NCBI GenBank assembly: GCA_021841155.1
Contig: JAKBVU010000001.1
Coordinates: 10,112-74,111 of the forward strand
Direction: 5' to 3'
From: a bacterium
GTDB lineage: Bacteria; Patescibacteriota; Saccharimonadia; Saccharimonadales; UBA4665
DNA length: 64,000 nucleotides
Numbering within the stretch: position 1 is the first letter of the stretch; each line of letters begins with the position of its first letter. The notes beneath the pieces were generated by a model. That model was not told the origin of the DNA. It made no database searches and saw only the letters and a list, made by a program, of their open reading frames with translations. Made by a program: the position numbers and the translations under genes. This document shows positions 40,613 to 48,927 of this stretch, piece after piece.

Positions 40613-40621
40613 GAGTGCTAG
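40595..40621 (-). promoter_or_regulatory. CIRCE inverted repeat (HrcA operator) upstream of clpC
   Basis: Plus strand reads TTAGCACTC-tcacgtcaa-GAGTGCTAg, a 17/18 match to the CIRCE consensus. It starts 1 nt after the nusA stop. Confidence 0.8.
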
Positions 40622-40622
40622 A

Positions 40623-41783
40623 TTAGTCACCATGTTCTTCAATAGTCTCTAGTAATTCTGATTCCAAATCTGTTTTTTTCTTCAATTTAGTGGTTTTAAG
40701 TTTTAATTTTTCTTCTTTAGTGCTGGCTATAACTTCATCGGTTTTATCTTCCTGATTTGCTTTAATATCCAGTTCATAACCAGTTAACTTGGAAGCTAGT
40801 CGAACATTTTGACCGTTTTTACCAATTGCAATGCTCAACTGATCTTCGGGTACTAAAACAAGCGCTTTATGTTCATTCATATCAACACTGACCTTAGAGA
40901 TTTTAGTTGGGCTTAAGGCATTAGTAATATATGTTGCTATATCTTCACTCCAAATTAAAATATCAATTTTTTCTTGCTCTCCAATTTCAGACATAACAGC
41001 ACTAACTCTAATACCTCGTCCACCAACAAAAGTTCCAACTGGATCAACACCTTTAATATTAGACGAAACCGCCATTTTAGTTCTAACACCAGCTTCTCTA
41101 ACGATAGCTTTAATTTCAACCGTCTGATTATCTAATTCCGGTACCTCACCTTTAAATAATAATTTAACAAATTCTGGTGAACTACGACTTAAAATAATTT
41201 GTGGACCACGATTAGTATTCTCAATACGATCAAGATAAACCTTTAATCTTTGACCAGGGTAATAATGCTCGTTTAAAATTTGCTCACTTTTCGGCATTAC
41301 ACCCTGAACTTTACCAAGATCAATTCTGATTAAATTATTTTCTACTCTAGCGACGTTAGCATTAATAATAGTTCCAACTTTATGTTCAAATTCGTCTAAA
41401 ACAGTGTCTCTTTCTGTTTCACGAATTTTTTGCAATAATACCTGCTTTGCTGTCTGAGCTGCAACTCGACCAAAATCTTCTAACAAAGCTTGAGTTTCAA
41501 TTTCATCTTCCAGTTGACAATCTGGATTAATTTTCTTAGCTTCAGATAAGCTAATCTCATAAAGAGAATTAGCAACTTTCTCGACCACAGTTTTTGATAT
41601 AAATACCTTGATTTCAGCTGTATTTAGGTTAATTTCAACTCTAACATTTTGGTCACGATCGCCAAAATCCTTTTTATAAGCCGCTGCTAATGATTGTTCA
41701 ACTATATTCTTTAAAACATCTTCTGAAATATTTTTCTCTTCAGCAATAGTTCTAATGGCTAAACTTAATTGTTTTAAATCCAT
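40623..41783 (-). CDS. nusA: Transcription termination/antitermination factor NusA
   Basis: 386-aa ORF with NTD, S1 and two KH domains (IAIGKNGQNVRLASKLTG). AGGAG SD 5 nt before the ATG. Confidence 0.93.
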   Translation of the reverse strand: MDLKQLSLAIRTIAEEKNISEDVLKNIVEQSLAAAYKKDFGDRDQNVRVEINLNTAEIKVFISKTVVEKVANSLYEISLSEAKKINPDCQLEDEIETQALLEDFGRVAAQTAKQVLLQKIRETERDTVLDEFEHKVGTIINANVARVENNLIRIDLGKVQGVMPKSEQILNEHYYPGQRLKVYLDRIENTNRGPQIILSRSSPEFVKLLFKGEVPELDNQTVEIKAIVREAGVRTKMAVSSNIKGVDPVGTFVGGRGIRVSAVMSEIGEQEKIDILIWSEDIATYITNALSPTKISKVSVDMNEHKALVLVPEDQLSIAIGKNGQNVRLASKLTGYELDIKANQEDKTDEVIASTKEEKLKLKTTKLKKKTDLESELLETIEEHGD

Positions 41784-41802
41784 AATAACTCCTAACTTGA
41801 TT

Positions 41803-41829
41803 AAAAAAATCCGACGTTACCGCCGGATT
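41803..41829 (-). terminator. Intrinsic terminator-like hairpin in the nusA leader
   Basis: Coding strand reads AATCCGGCG-GTAA-CGTCGGATT followed by TTTTT. This is a 9-bp stem with one G-U pair, a GNRA loop and a 7-U run. The run ends 19 nt before the nusA ATG. It is the most GC-rich hairpin I saw in the window. Confidence 0.6.
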
Positions 41830-41843
41830 ACTACACTTACTTA

Positions 41844-41872
41844 AGTATAAGTCTACAACCAAAATGTGTCAA
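41844..41872 (-). promoter_or_regulatory. nusA promoter
   Basis: Coding strand reads TTGACA (41872..41867), a 17-nt spacer, then TATACT (41849..41844). The predicted +1 is near 41837, about 8 nt before the hairpin. Confidence 0.55.
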
Positions 41873-41937
41873 TTAATATTATTTAATTGTTATCATAAAT
41901 TTTACTTACTTAAATTGAAGAAACAATTCATTTTACA

Positions 41938-41946
41938 TGCTAAAAT
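41938..41946 (+). promoter_or_regulatory. Extended -10 element for pepN (leaderless pattern)
   Basis: TGcTAAAAT, then 7 nt to ATG 41954. No SD. Confidence 0.45.
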
Positions 41947-41953
41947 AATTACT

Positions 41954-44548
41954 ATGCCAAATAAAATAAAAATGTTAGTTGATCAATTCAAACCAAGCAG
42001 CTACGTCATAGATATTAAAATCTCGGCAGACAAAAAAAACTTTTCGGGACAAATAATCATTGAAGGAAAAAAAATTGGTCCGCCTTCAAAAAGAATTACA
42101 TTCCATCAACGAAACTTATCTGTTTTTGATGCTGAAATTTACAAGATTAACAAAAACATCAAAACTAAATTAAATCTCGATAGATTAGTCCATCACCAAA
42201 AATTAAACGAAGTTAGACTACATTTTAAAGACCTGATTTATCCGTCAGATTTTGAAATAAAACTAAAATTCAAAGGTAAAATTATTAATCAATTAAACGG
42301 CATTTACCCGTGTTTTTATAAAGATCAAGATCAAAATATTCAAAAAATAATTTCAACTCAATTTGAAAGTTATTACGCTAGACAAGCTTTCCCTTGTATT
42401 GATGAACCAGCGGCTAAAGCTAGTTTTAAACTAAGTATTGAAACCAATAAACAAGACACTGTCTTATCTAATACACCTTTAGAACAAATCGAAGAAAAAA
42501 AATCAACCAATCAATTCTTTTTCGAAAAAACACCATTAATGAGTACCTACTTATTAGCTTTTGTAGTTGGTCAATTATCACACAAATCTATTGATTATCG
42601 AGATCGGGTTAAAATCAGTGTCTATACTACACCAGATAAAATTAATCTAGCTGATTATAGTCTCGAAATTGCTCAAAAAGGACTAGAGTTTTTTGAACAT
42701 TATTTTAAAATTGACTATCCGTTAAAAAAATTAGATCTAGTAGCTCTACCAGATTTTAGTGCGGGGGCTATGGAAAATTGGGGATTAATTACGTTTCGAG
42801 AAACTTACATGCTAACTAATTTAAAAGAAGATAATATTGATCAAATGCAATCAGTTTCTCTGACAATATGTCATGAATTGGCTCATCAATGGTTTGGGAA
42901 CTTAGTCACCATGAAATGGTGGAACGATCTTTGGTTGAACGAAAGTTTTGCTAACCTGATGGAGTTTATTGCTATCGATAATCTATTTCCTGATTGGAAA
43001 ATCATGGAACAATTCATAAATTACACTATGTCGGCAGCTAAAAGTCGAGATAGTCTTAAAGAAGTTCAAACCTTAAGAGCCAATATTAAATATCCTGCTG
43101 ATATCGAAACAATATTTGACGCTTCTATCGTTTATGCTAAAGGTGGTTCAATTTTATACATGTTAATGCAATATATCGGCGAAGAAAATTTTAAAATAGC
43201 CCTAAATAATTATTTCAAACAATATGCCTACCAAAACACCGTGGCTGATAATTTATGGCAAACCATGTCCTCTGCTAGTCAACAAAATATTGCTTCGTTC
43301 ATGGATAATTGGCTTAATGAACCTGGTTTTCCACTTTTAAAAGTCAATTACGAACCTAAAGAAAAAAGATTTTTAATCGAACAAAAAAGATTCTTGTTAA
43401 AATTATCTCATCATACAGATGAACTAAATGAAACTATCTGGCAAATTCCACTAGCCAGTAATTATAAATTAAAAAACAATGTTTTAAACAAAAAACAGAA
43501 ATCTTTTTACATTGATGAACCATTAATGGATAATAAACCATTAATTTTAAACCACAATTCAACAGCTTATTTTATTCCTCAATATCTCAACAAATCACAC
43601 TGGCAAACTATACTTAATAACATCGAAAATTTATCTAAAATAGACCAAATTAATCTAATAGATAATTATAATTTACTTCAAAAGAACCTTTTTACAGACC
43701 TACTTACCACTGAATCTCTTTTATCGCATTACAAAAATAACCCTAACGATTCTATTTGGGTTAATATTGCGAGTATACTAAGTCAAATTAGACGATTAAT
43801 TATTGATGATCAAATTTTAAGAGACAATCTGGATAAATTAGTCGGCAATTTTATTCAAGATATATTTAATTCAATCAATCTTGAAATTCAAAGTAACGAA
43901 TCTTCGCTTCAAATCAAATTAAGAAAAACAATTTTCAGTCTAGCTGCTAGCTATAATTATTCACCGTTAATAGACTATGCTGAATCCTTGTTTAAAAATT
44001 TTAAAAAACCAGACGACATCAACAGTAATATTCGAACTATCATCTACCGGATTGCCGTAAAAAAAGCTGATAATTTTGATTTATTACTCAAACTACATAA
44101 TCAACTAACAAATCAAGAATTAAGAGATGAAATTATCTATGGATTATCTACCACCAAAGAACTAAGTCAAATAAAAAAATTACTTGATATGATTCTAAGC
44201 ACTAAAATTAAAGATCAAGACATAGTGACAATTTTTTCAGACTTAATCAATAATCACCATGCCCAACAGTTAACTTGGGAATGGTATCAAGCGCACTTTA
44301 ATGATCTTCAAAAGATATATACAACTGATGCTACAACATTAAGTCATTTTCCAGCAATCATAGCTAGTTATTTTAATACAAAAAAAATGTTAGAAGAATA
44401 CCAAGAATTCTTCAAACCCAAATTAGATGATCAAGCTTTAAGAAGGAATATTTTACTTGGACTGGACCAAATAAAAAAACAAATCGAATGGTATGACTTC
44501 AATCAACCTAAAATTAAAACTTGGTTAAAGCAAGCTAAACAATTATAG
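41954..44548 (+). CDS. pepN: M1-family aminopeptidase N
   Basis: ORF track gives 41864..44548. I prefer ATG 41954 (MPNKIKMLV...). GAMEN exopeptidase motif (AGAMENWG) and the gluzincin site HELAHQWFGNLVTMKWWNDLWLNESFA. Confidence 0.9.
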   Translation: MPNKIKMLVDQFKPSSYVIDIKISADKKNFSGQIIIEGKKIGPPSKRITFHQRNLSVFDAEIYKINKNIKTKLNLDRLVHHQKLNEVRLHFKDLIYPSDFEIKLKFKGKIINQLNGIYPCFYKDQDQNIQKIISTQFESYYARQAFPCIDEPAAKASFKLSIETNKQDTVLSNTPLEQIEEKKSTNQFFFEKTPLMSTYLLAFVVGQLSHKSIDYRDRVKISVYTTPDKINLADYSLEIAQKGLEFFEHYFKIDYPLKKLDLVALPDFSAGAMENWGLITFRETYMLTNLKEDNIDQMQSVSLTICHELAHQWFGNLVTMKWWNDLWLNESFANLMEFIAIDNLFPDWKIMEQFINYTMSAAKSRDSLKEVQTLRANIKYPADIETIFDASIVYAKGGSILYMLMQYIGEENFKIALNNYFKQYAYQNTVADNLWQTMSSASQQNIASFMDNWLNEPGFPLLKVNYEPKEKRFLIEQKRFLLKLSHHTDELNETIWQIPLASNYKLKNNVLNKKQKSFYIDEPLMDNKPLILNHNSTAYFIPQYLNKSHWQTILNNIENLSKIDQINLIDNYNLLQKNLFTDLLTTESLLSHYKNNPNDSIWVNIASILSQIRRLIIDDQILRDNLDKLVGNFIQDIFNSINLEIQSNESSLQIKLRKTIFSLAASYNYSPLIDYAESLFKNFKKPDDINSNIRTIIYRIAVKKADNFDLLLKLHNQLTNQELRDEIIYGLSTTKELSQIKKLLDMILSTKIKDQDIVTIFSDLINNHHAQQLTWEWYQAHFNDLQKIYTTDATTLSHFPAIIASYFNTKKMLEEYQEFFKPKLDDQALRRNILLGLDQIKKQIEWYDFNQPKIKTWLKQAKQL

Positions 44549-45167
44549 ACGTTTGAACTGGTCGGAAACTTAGTCGATGAATTGGGCAAGGACCATACTT
44601 AGCTAGCTGATTAAGATGATAGCTTGTACCATACCCAACGTGTTGATCGAAACCATACTGAGGCCAATTATTATGAATTTTTTGCATTATAGAATCTCGA
44701 AAAACTTTAGCAACAATACTAGCAGCCATAATTTCGTTGATTGAATTATCACCACCAACAACAGTTTCAACAAAATTATAGTTTTTTAAAAAATTATAAT
44801 TACCATCAATAATAATTCGATAATCTTTATTGTTATTATCAAGATTCATCAAAGCAATCTGCATGGACATAGAAACTGACTTAGTTAATCCAAAATCATC
44901 AATATACTGATTGTCAACAATACCAATTCCAACAAAACAAGCCTTTTTTAAAATAATTGGCAACAGTTTTATTCTTTGTTTTTTAGTTAATTGTTTAGAG
45001 TCTTTTAAGCCATCTGGTGTCTGATTAAACCCAACGGCAGCACTAACAACAGGACCAGCTAAACAACCTCTACCAACTTCATCTAAACCAATTAAAAAAT
45101 TACTCTTTGTTATCTTTATTGATCTCAATAATTTCGTCGGCAACTTTATTAACTTTAACTTTATCAA
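44535..45167 (-). CDS. rnhB: Ribonuclease HII
   Basis: GLDEVGRGCLAGPVV catalytic N-terminal block. The ORF track start at 45167 is a TTG inside rplS. In-frame TTGs at 45143 and 45128 are alternatives, so the start is uncertain. The 3' end overlaps the pepN 3' end by 14 nt (convergent). Confidence 0.85.
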   Translation of the reverse strand: MIKLKLIKLPTKLLRSIKITKSNFLIGLDEVGRGCLAGPVVSAAVGFNQTPDGLKDSKQLTKKQRIKLLPIILKKACFVGIGIVDNQYIDDFGLTKSVSMSMQIALMNLDNNNKDYRIIIDGNYNFLKNYNFVETVVGGDNSINEIMAASIVAKVFRDSIMQKIHNNWPQYGFDQHVGYGTSYHLNQLAKYGPCPIHRLSFRPVQTSIIV

Positions 45168-45516
45168 AATCTAAAGAAGACAATCTAGCTGCTTTACCTG
45201 TTCTTTGACGCATATATGTTAAATAATTACGTCGAACTTTTGATCGTTTAGTAATTTCAATTTTTTCAACTAATGGAGAATGAACTAAAAAACTTTTTTC
45301 AACTCCAATACCACTAGCAATACGTCGAACTAAAATTCTAGACATGTGGTTGTTGGGTTGAGTAGTCTTAATAACTAATCCCTGAAAAATTTGAATTCTC
45401 TCTTTTGAGCCTTCTTTAATTTTTTGGTAAACCTTAACAGTATCACCACTTTTAACATTTAAGTTGGCAGTAACCTTAGGATATTTTTTATTAATTTCTT
45501 TAATTAGATCAGTCAT
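45100..45516 (-). CDS. rplS: 50S ribosomal protein L19
   Basis: The ORF track start at 45540 is a TTG. ATG 45516 (MTDLIKEINKKY...) lies 9 nt downstream of a TATAAT. L19 core present (GDTVKVYQKIKEGSKERIQIFQGLVI). Lys/Asp-rich C-terminal tail. Confidence 0.9.
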   Translation of the reverse strand: MTDLIKEINKKYPKVTANLNVKSGDTVKVYQKIKEGSKERIQIFQGLVIKTTQPNNHMSRILVRRIASGIGVEKSFLVHSPLVEKIEITKRSKVRRNYLTYMRQRTGKAARLSSLDFDKVKVNKVADEIIEINKDNKE

Positions 45517-45525
45517 AACGTTAAG

Positions 45526-45531
45526 ATTATA
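45526..45531 (-). promoter_or_regulatory. -10 box for rplS (leaderless or near-leaderless)
   Basis: Coding strand reads TATAAT, then 9 nt to ATG 45516. No SD. Confidence 0.4.
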
Positions 45532-45564
45532 ACCTAACAAAGGTCTATATGCAACAAAGTTTTA

Positions 45565-45573
45565 TGTTAGAAT
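45565..45573 (+). promoter_or_regulatory. Extended -10 element for the malic enzyme gene (leaderless pattern)
   Basis: TGtTAGAAT, then 6 nt to ATG 45580. No SD. Confidence 0.45.
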
Positions 45574-45579
45574 AGTGAG

Positions 45580-46719
45580 ATGATTAATTTTAATAAAGAA
45601 GCTTTGAATAAACATTTCTTACTAAAAGGCAAAATAAAAACCGAACCGAAAGTTAAATTAAAGACAAAAAACGATTTATCAACTTATTACAGTCCTGGAG
45701 TAGGTGCAGTAAGCAAATTATTAGTAAAAAATCCCGAAAAATCAAAAGACTATTTGTGGACTAATAATTTAGTTGCAGTTATTTCTGATGGTTCTGCAGT
45801 TTTGGGTTTAGGTAATATCGGTCCAATTGCTGCTATGCCAGTCATGGAAGGAAAATGTTTACTTTTTAAACATTTTGCTGGTGTTGATGCTATTCCAATA
45901 GTTTTAGATTGTCATAATCCAGATCAAATTGTTGAAACAATTGTTAATATTGCACCAAGTTTTGGTGCAATTAATCTCGAAGACATCGCTGCTCCTCAAT
46001 GTTTTTATATTGAAAGTATGCTAAAGAAAAAATTAAATATTCCCGTTATGCATGATGATCAACACGGTACAGCAATTGTAGTTTTGGCTGGTCTTATTAA
46101 TTCTTTTAAAGTTATAGGCAAAAATATTAAAAATTGTAAGATAACTATTGTTGGAGCTGGTGCTGCTGGAGATGCTATTACACGTTTAATTCATCAGTTT
46201 TCGCCATCAACAGAGTTAATATTAGTCGACTCTAAAGGTATTATTAGTGCTGACAGATCTGATTTAAATCACGATAAACAAGAATTACTAAAAATAACTA
46301 ATCCAAACAATCTAAGTGGCGATCTCAAACAAGCAATCCACGATAGTCAAGTTTTTATTGGCGTTTCAAAAGCAAATTTATTAAATCAAGCCGACATTAA
46401 ATCAATGAAAGATCAACCAATCATTTTTGCACTAGCCAATCCAGATCCTGAAATTGAACCAAAATTAGCTAAAAAAGCTGGTGCAGCAATTGTTGCCACT
46501 GGACGTAGTGATTATCCTAATCAAATTAATAATGTTCTGGCTTTCCCAGGAATCTTTAGAGGTGCTCTAGATCATCATGTCAACAAAATCACAGAAACTC
46601 ACAAAATAGCAGCTGCTCAGGCTATAGCATCACAAGTTAGAAATCCATCTGCTGACCAAATTATTCCTTCGGTCTTTGACAAAGAATTAGTCAGCGTGAT
46701 TGCAGCTTTAATTAAATAA
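45580..46719 (+). CDS. NAD(P)-dependent malic enzyme (short form)
   Basis: 379-aa ORF with SDGSAVLGLGNIG, the MEGK block and an NAD-binding GAGAAG fold, typical of short malic enzymes. Confidence 0.85.
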   Translation: MINFNKEALNKHFLLKGKIKTEPKVKLKTKNDLSTYYSPGVGAVSKLLVKNPEKSKDYLWTNNLVAVISDGSAVLGLGNIGPIAAMPVMEGKCLLFKHFAGVDAIPIVLDCHNPDQIVETIVNIAPSFGAINLEDIAAPQCFYIESMLKKKLNIPVMHDDQHGTAIVVLAGLINSFKVIGKNIKNCKITIVGAGAAGDAITRLIHQFSPSTELILVDSKGIISADRSDLNHDKQELLKITNPNNLSGDLKQAIHDSQVFIGVSKANLLNQADIKSMKDQPIIFALANPDPEIEPKLAKKAGAAIVATGRSDYPNQINNVLAFPGIFRGALDHHVNKITETHKIAAAQAIASQVRNPSADQIIPSVFDKELVSVIAALIK

Positions 46720-48336
46720 ATCAAGTACTCTAGAAATTTCAGCTAATGATGTCTGTCCGTCAATTAATTTTCTAGCAGCATCATCGACCATAAGACCAAT
46801 ATTATTTTCTCGGCAAGACATTTCTAATTCTTTAGTAGTACTATGTTCATTATTATCGTTTTTTAAAAGAATTTTAATTAAATCATCATTTAAAACAATT
46901 TGCTCTCTGATAGCGATTTGGCCGCTATAACCAAATGGATCATTATCGGTAATGTTTGGTTGATATAACTTAATGTCTCTAAATTTTTGCTTTAAGATCG
47001 AATCAGAAATATTAGCTGCCATCTTACTTAAAAATTCAAGATCCTTTAAAGTTGGCTGATATTCAAGTTTCGTTTGATCATTAAGACGTCTAACCAATCT
47101 TTGTGCCATAATTATTCTAATTGATGAAACGAACAACGGATTACGACCAATAATTGATTTTAATCTAGCTAATGATGCGGCTGCTGATCCAGCATGAAAA
47201 GTAGCCAAAACTAAATGTCCAGTTAGGGCTGCTTGCAAAGCAGTTATGGCTGTCTCTTCGTCACGAATTTCACCAATCATGAGAATATCTGGGTCAAGTC
47301 TTAAGATAGCTTTTAATTGATCAATAAACGTAATTGTTTGAGTCGAATCAATTAAATCATTCATTAAAGAAATTTGTTCGATACCTTCGAATTCAAACTC
47401 AACCGGATCTTCGACAGTAATAATCTTTCTCTGACTATTATTAAGGCTATTCAGTATCGAATACAAGGTGGTGGTTTTGCCTGAACCGGTAGGTCCAACA
47501 ACCATTACTAAACCACTTGGCTTAGAGATAATATCGTCTAAAACAGTTCGCTCATTAACCGATAAACCTAAGCGATCTAAATTATAAGTTGAAGCATCAA
47601 GATTAAATAATCTCATCACAATATCCATACCATTAATTGTGACGACTGTTTCAATTCTTAGATTAACATCAACTGTTTGATGATTAGCCATTTCAACCGT
47701 TTGTGAAATATGACCTTCTTGAGGAGCTTTTGAAGATGTTGAAATATTACCAGCACTAGCGATTGCACTAACCAACATGCGATGACGATCAAACCCTATC
47801 TTAGCAATCACATGAAGTACTCCATCAATTCTAAATCGAATCCTGACATCCTGTCTTCCTGTTTCAATGTGAATATCTGAAGCATTTAAACTATGAGCCT
47901 GATTAACTAAATAAGCCAACATATCACTAGACTTTACTTCTTCTAAAATTTTTGAAACTCGCTCTACAGAGTTATCTTGACTGGCAACAATATTAACGTC
48001 ACTATACTGAACTTCCTTTGGCGGATCGTACTTATCCATGTAATCCTTATAACCTCGGTCAGAAATAATCACAAACGATACCTTATGATCTGAAAAATTT
48101 CTGACAATTTCGTTAATAGCATTTTTTGAAGTTGTAGTTGTAATTCCAAAAAGAAGATTAGAATTATCTAAAATCAGAGGAACCGCTCTATAATGGTACA
48201 TAGCTTCAACACTTAATATGTTGTTATATAGCTGGATTTGATTTTTAGAAGTATCAAAATAATTAAAGCCTAACAAATTAGCTCGTCGAGCTGTTGAATT
48301 TTCTTCCTCTAAACGAGATTTCTGATCATCTGTCAT
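46708..48336 (-). CDS. Type II/IV secretion-family ATPase (PilB/GspE-like)
   Basis: 542-aa ORF with an N-terminal T2SSE_N-like domain, Walker A (GPTGSGKTT), Asp box, Walker B and His box (ATFHAG). The 3' end overlaps the malic enzyme 3' end by 12 nt. Confidence 0.88.
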   Translation of the reverse strand: MTDDQKSRLEEENSTARRANLLGFNYFDTSKNQIQLYNNILSVEAMYHYRAVPLILDNSNLLFGITTTTSKNAINEIVRNFSDHKVSFVIISDRGYKDYMDKYDPPKEVQYSDVNIVASQDNSVERVSKILEEVKSSDMLAYLVNQAHSLNASDIHIETGRQDVRIRFRIDGVLHVIAKIGFDRHRMLVSAIASAGNISTSSKAPQEGHISQTVEMANHQTVDVNLRIETVVTINGMDIVMRLFNLDASTYNLDRLGLSVNERTVLDDIISKPSGLVMVVGPTGSGKTTTLYSILNSLNNSQRKIITVEDPVEFEFEGIEQISLMNDLIDSTQTITFIDQLKAILRLDPDILMIGEIRDEETAITALQAALTGHLVLATFHAGSAAASLARLKSIIGRNPLFVSSIRIIMAQRLVRRLNDQTKLEYQPTLKDLEFLSKMAANISDSILKQKFRDIKLYQPNITDNDPFGYSGQIAIREQIVLNDDLIKILLKNDNNEHSTTKELEMSCRENNIGLMVDDAARKLIDGQTSLAEISRVLDLFN

Positions 48337-48342
48337 AAATCA

Positions 48343-48348
48343 ATTATA
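48343..48348 (-). promoter_or_regulatory. -10 box for the PilB-like gene (leaderless pattern)
   Basis: Coding strand reads TATAAT, then 6 nt to ATG 48336. No SD. Confidence 0.4.
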
Positions 48349-48382
48349 AGTGATTATGCTTAAATTAACAGCCCCGATTCTG

Positions 48383-48388
48383 TACAAT
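48383..48388 (+). promoter_or_regulatory. -10 box for the SpoU-family methyltransferase gene (leaderless pattern)
   Basis: TACAAT, then 8 nt to ATG 48397. TTAAAT lies 17 nt upstream. No SD. Confidence 0.35.
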
Positions 48389-48396
48389 ATAAATAT

Positions 48397-48921
48397 ATGG
48401 CTAACTTTCCTATTGTACTTATCGCTCATAATCTTCGTTCATCTTATAATATTGGTTCTCTATTTAGAACTATGGATGGGTTAGGCTTAAAAACAATTTA
48501 TTTAACAGGCACCAGTCCATATCCAAGAACAACTAACGATAATCGCTTGCAACACATTGCTATTAATAATGATCGACAAATTCGTAAAACTTCACTTGGG
48601 GCAGAGAAAAATATTAATTTTCAACATCATGAGAATATTATCGAACTAATTCAACAATTAAAATCTCAAAAATATCAAATTGTGGCCCTGGAACAAACTG
48701 CTCAATCAATTAATCTAATTAATACCAAAATTAATTCTCCTATAGCTTTAATTATAGGCAATGAAGTCAATGGAATAGACAGTCAAATTCTAAATATTGT
48801 CGATCAATCAATTGAAATACCAATGCATGGCTTAAAAGAATCATTTAATGTTTCGATTGCCGCTTCTATGGCTTTATTTTATTTAAGATATCGACAAGAC
48901 ATCATTAATTCATTATTATGA
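48397..48921 (+). CDS. SpoU/TrmH-family RNA 2'-O-methyltransferase
   Basis: 174-aa ORF with SPOUT motifs (NLRSSYNIGSLFRT, IIGNEVNGI, IPMHG...SFNVSIAASMALF). Confidence 0.8.
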   Translation: MANFPIVLIAHNLRSSYNIGSLFRTMDGLGLKTIYLTGTSPYPRTTNDNRLQHIAINNDRQIRKTSLGAEKNINFQHHENIIELIQQLKSQKYQIVALEQTAQSINLINTKINSPIALIIGNEVNGIDSQILNIVDQSIEIPMHGLKESFNVSIAASMALFYLRYRQDIINSLL

Positions 48922-48927
48922 AACTAA

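Noticed and set aside
41864-41953. 30-codon N-terminal extension of pepN in the ORF track (MCQLILFNCYHKF...)
   Set aside because: The extension would run through the nusA promoter. The ATG at 41954 has an extended -10 box 7 nt upstream, and the M1 aminopeptidase homology starts after it.
48914-48919. TATTAT 8 nt upstream of the 48928 ORF as another leaderless promoter
   Set aside because: It lies within the last codons of the upstream SpoU-like gene, only 6 nt from its stop. Simple co-transcription is equally likely, so I did not count it among the leaderless cases.
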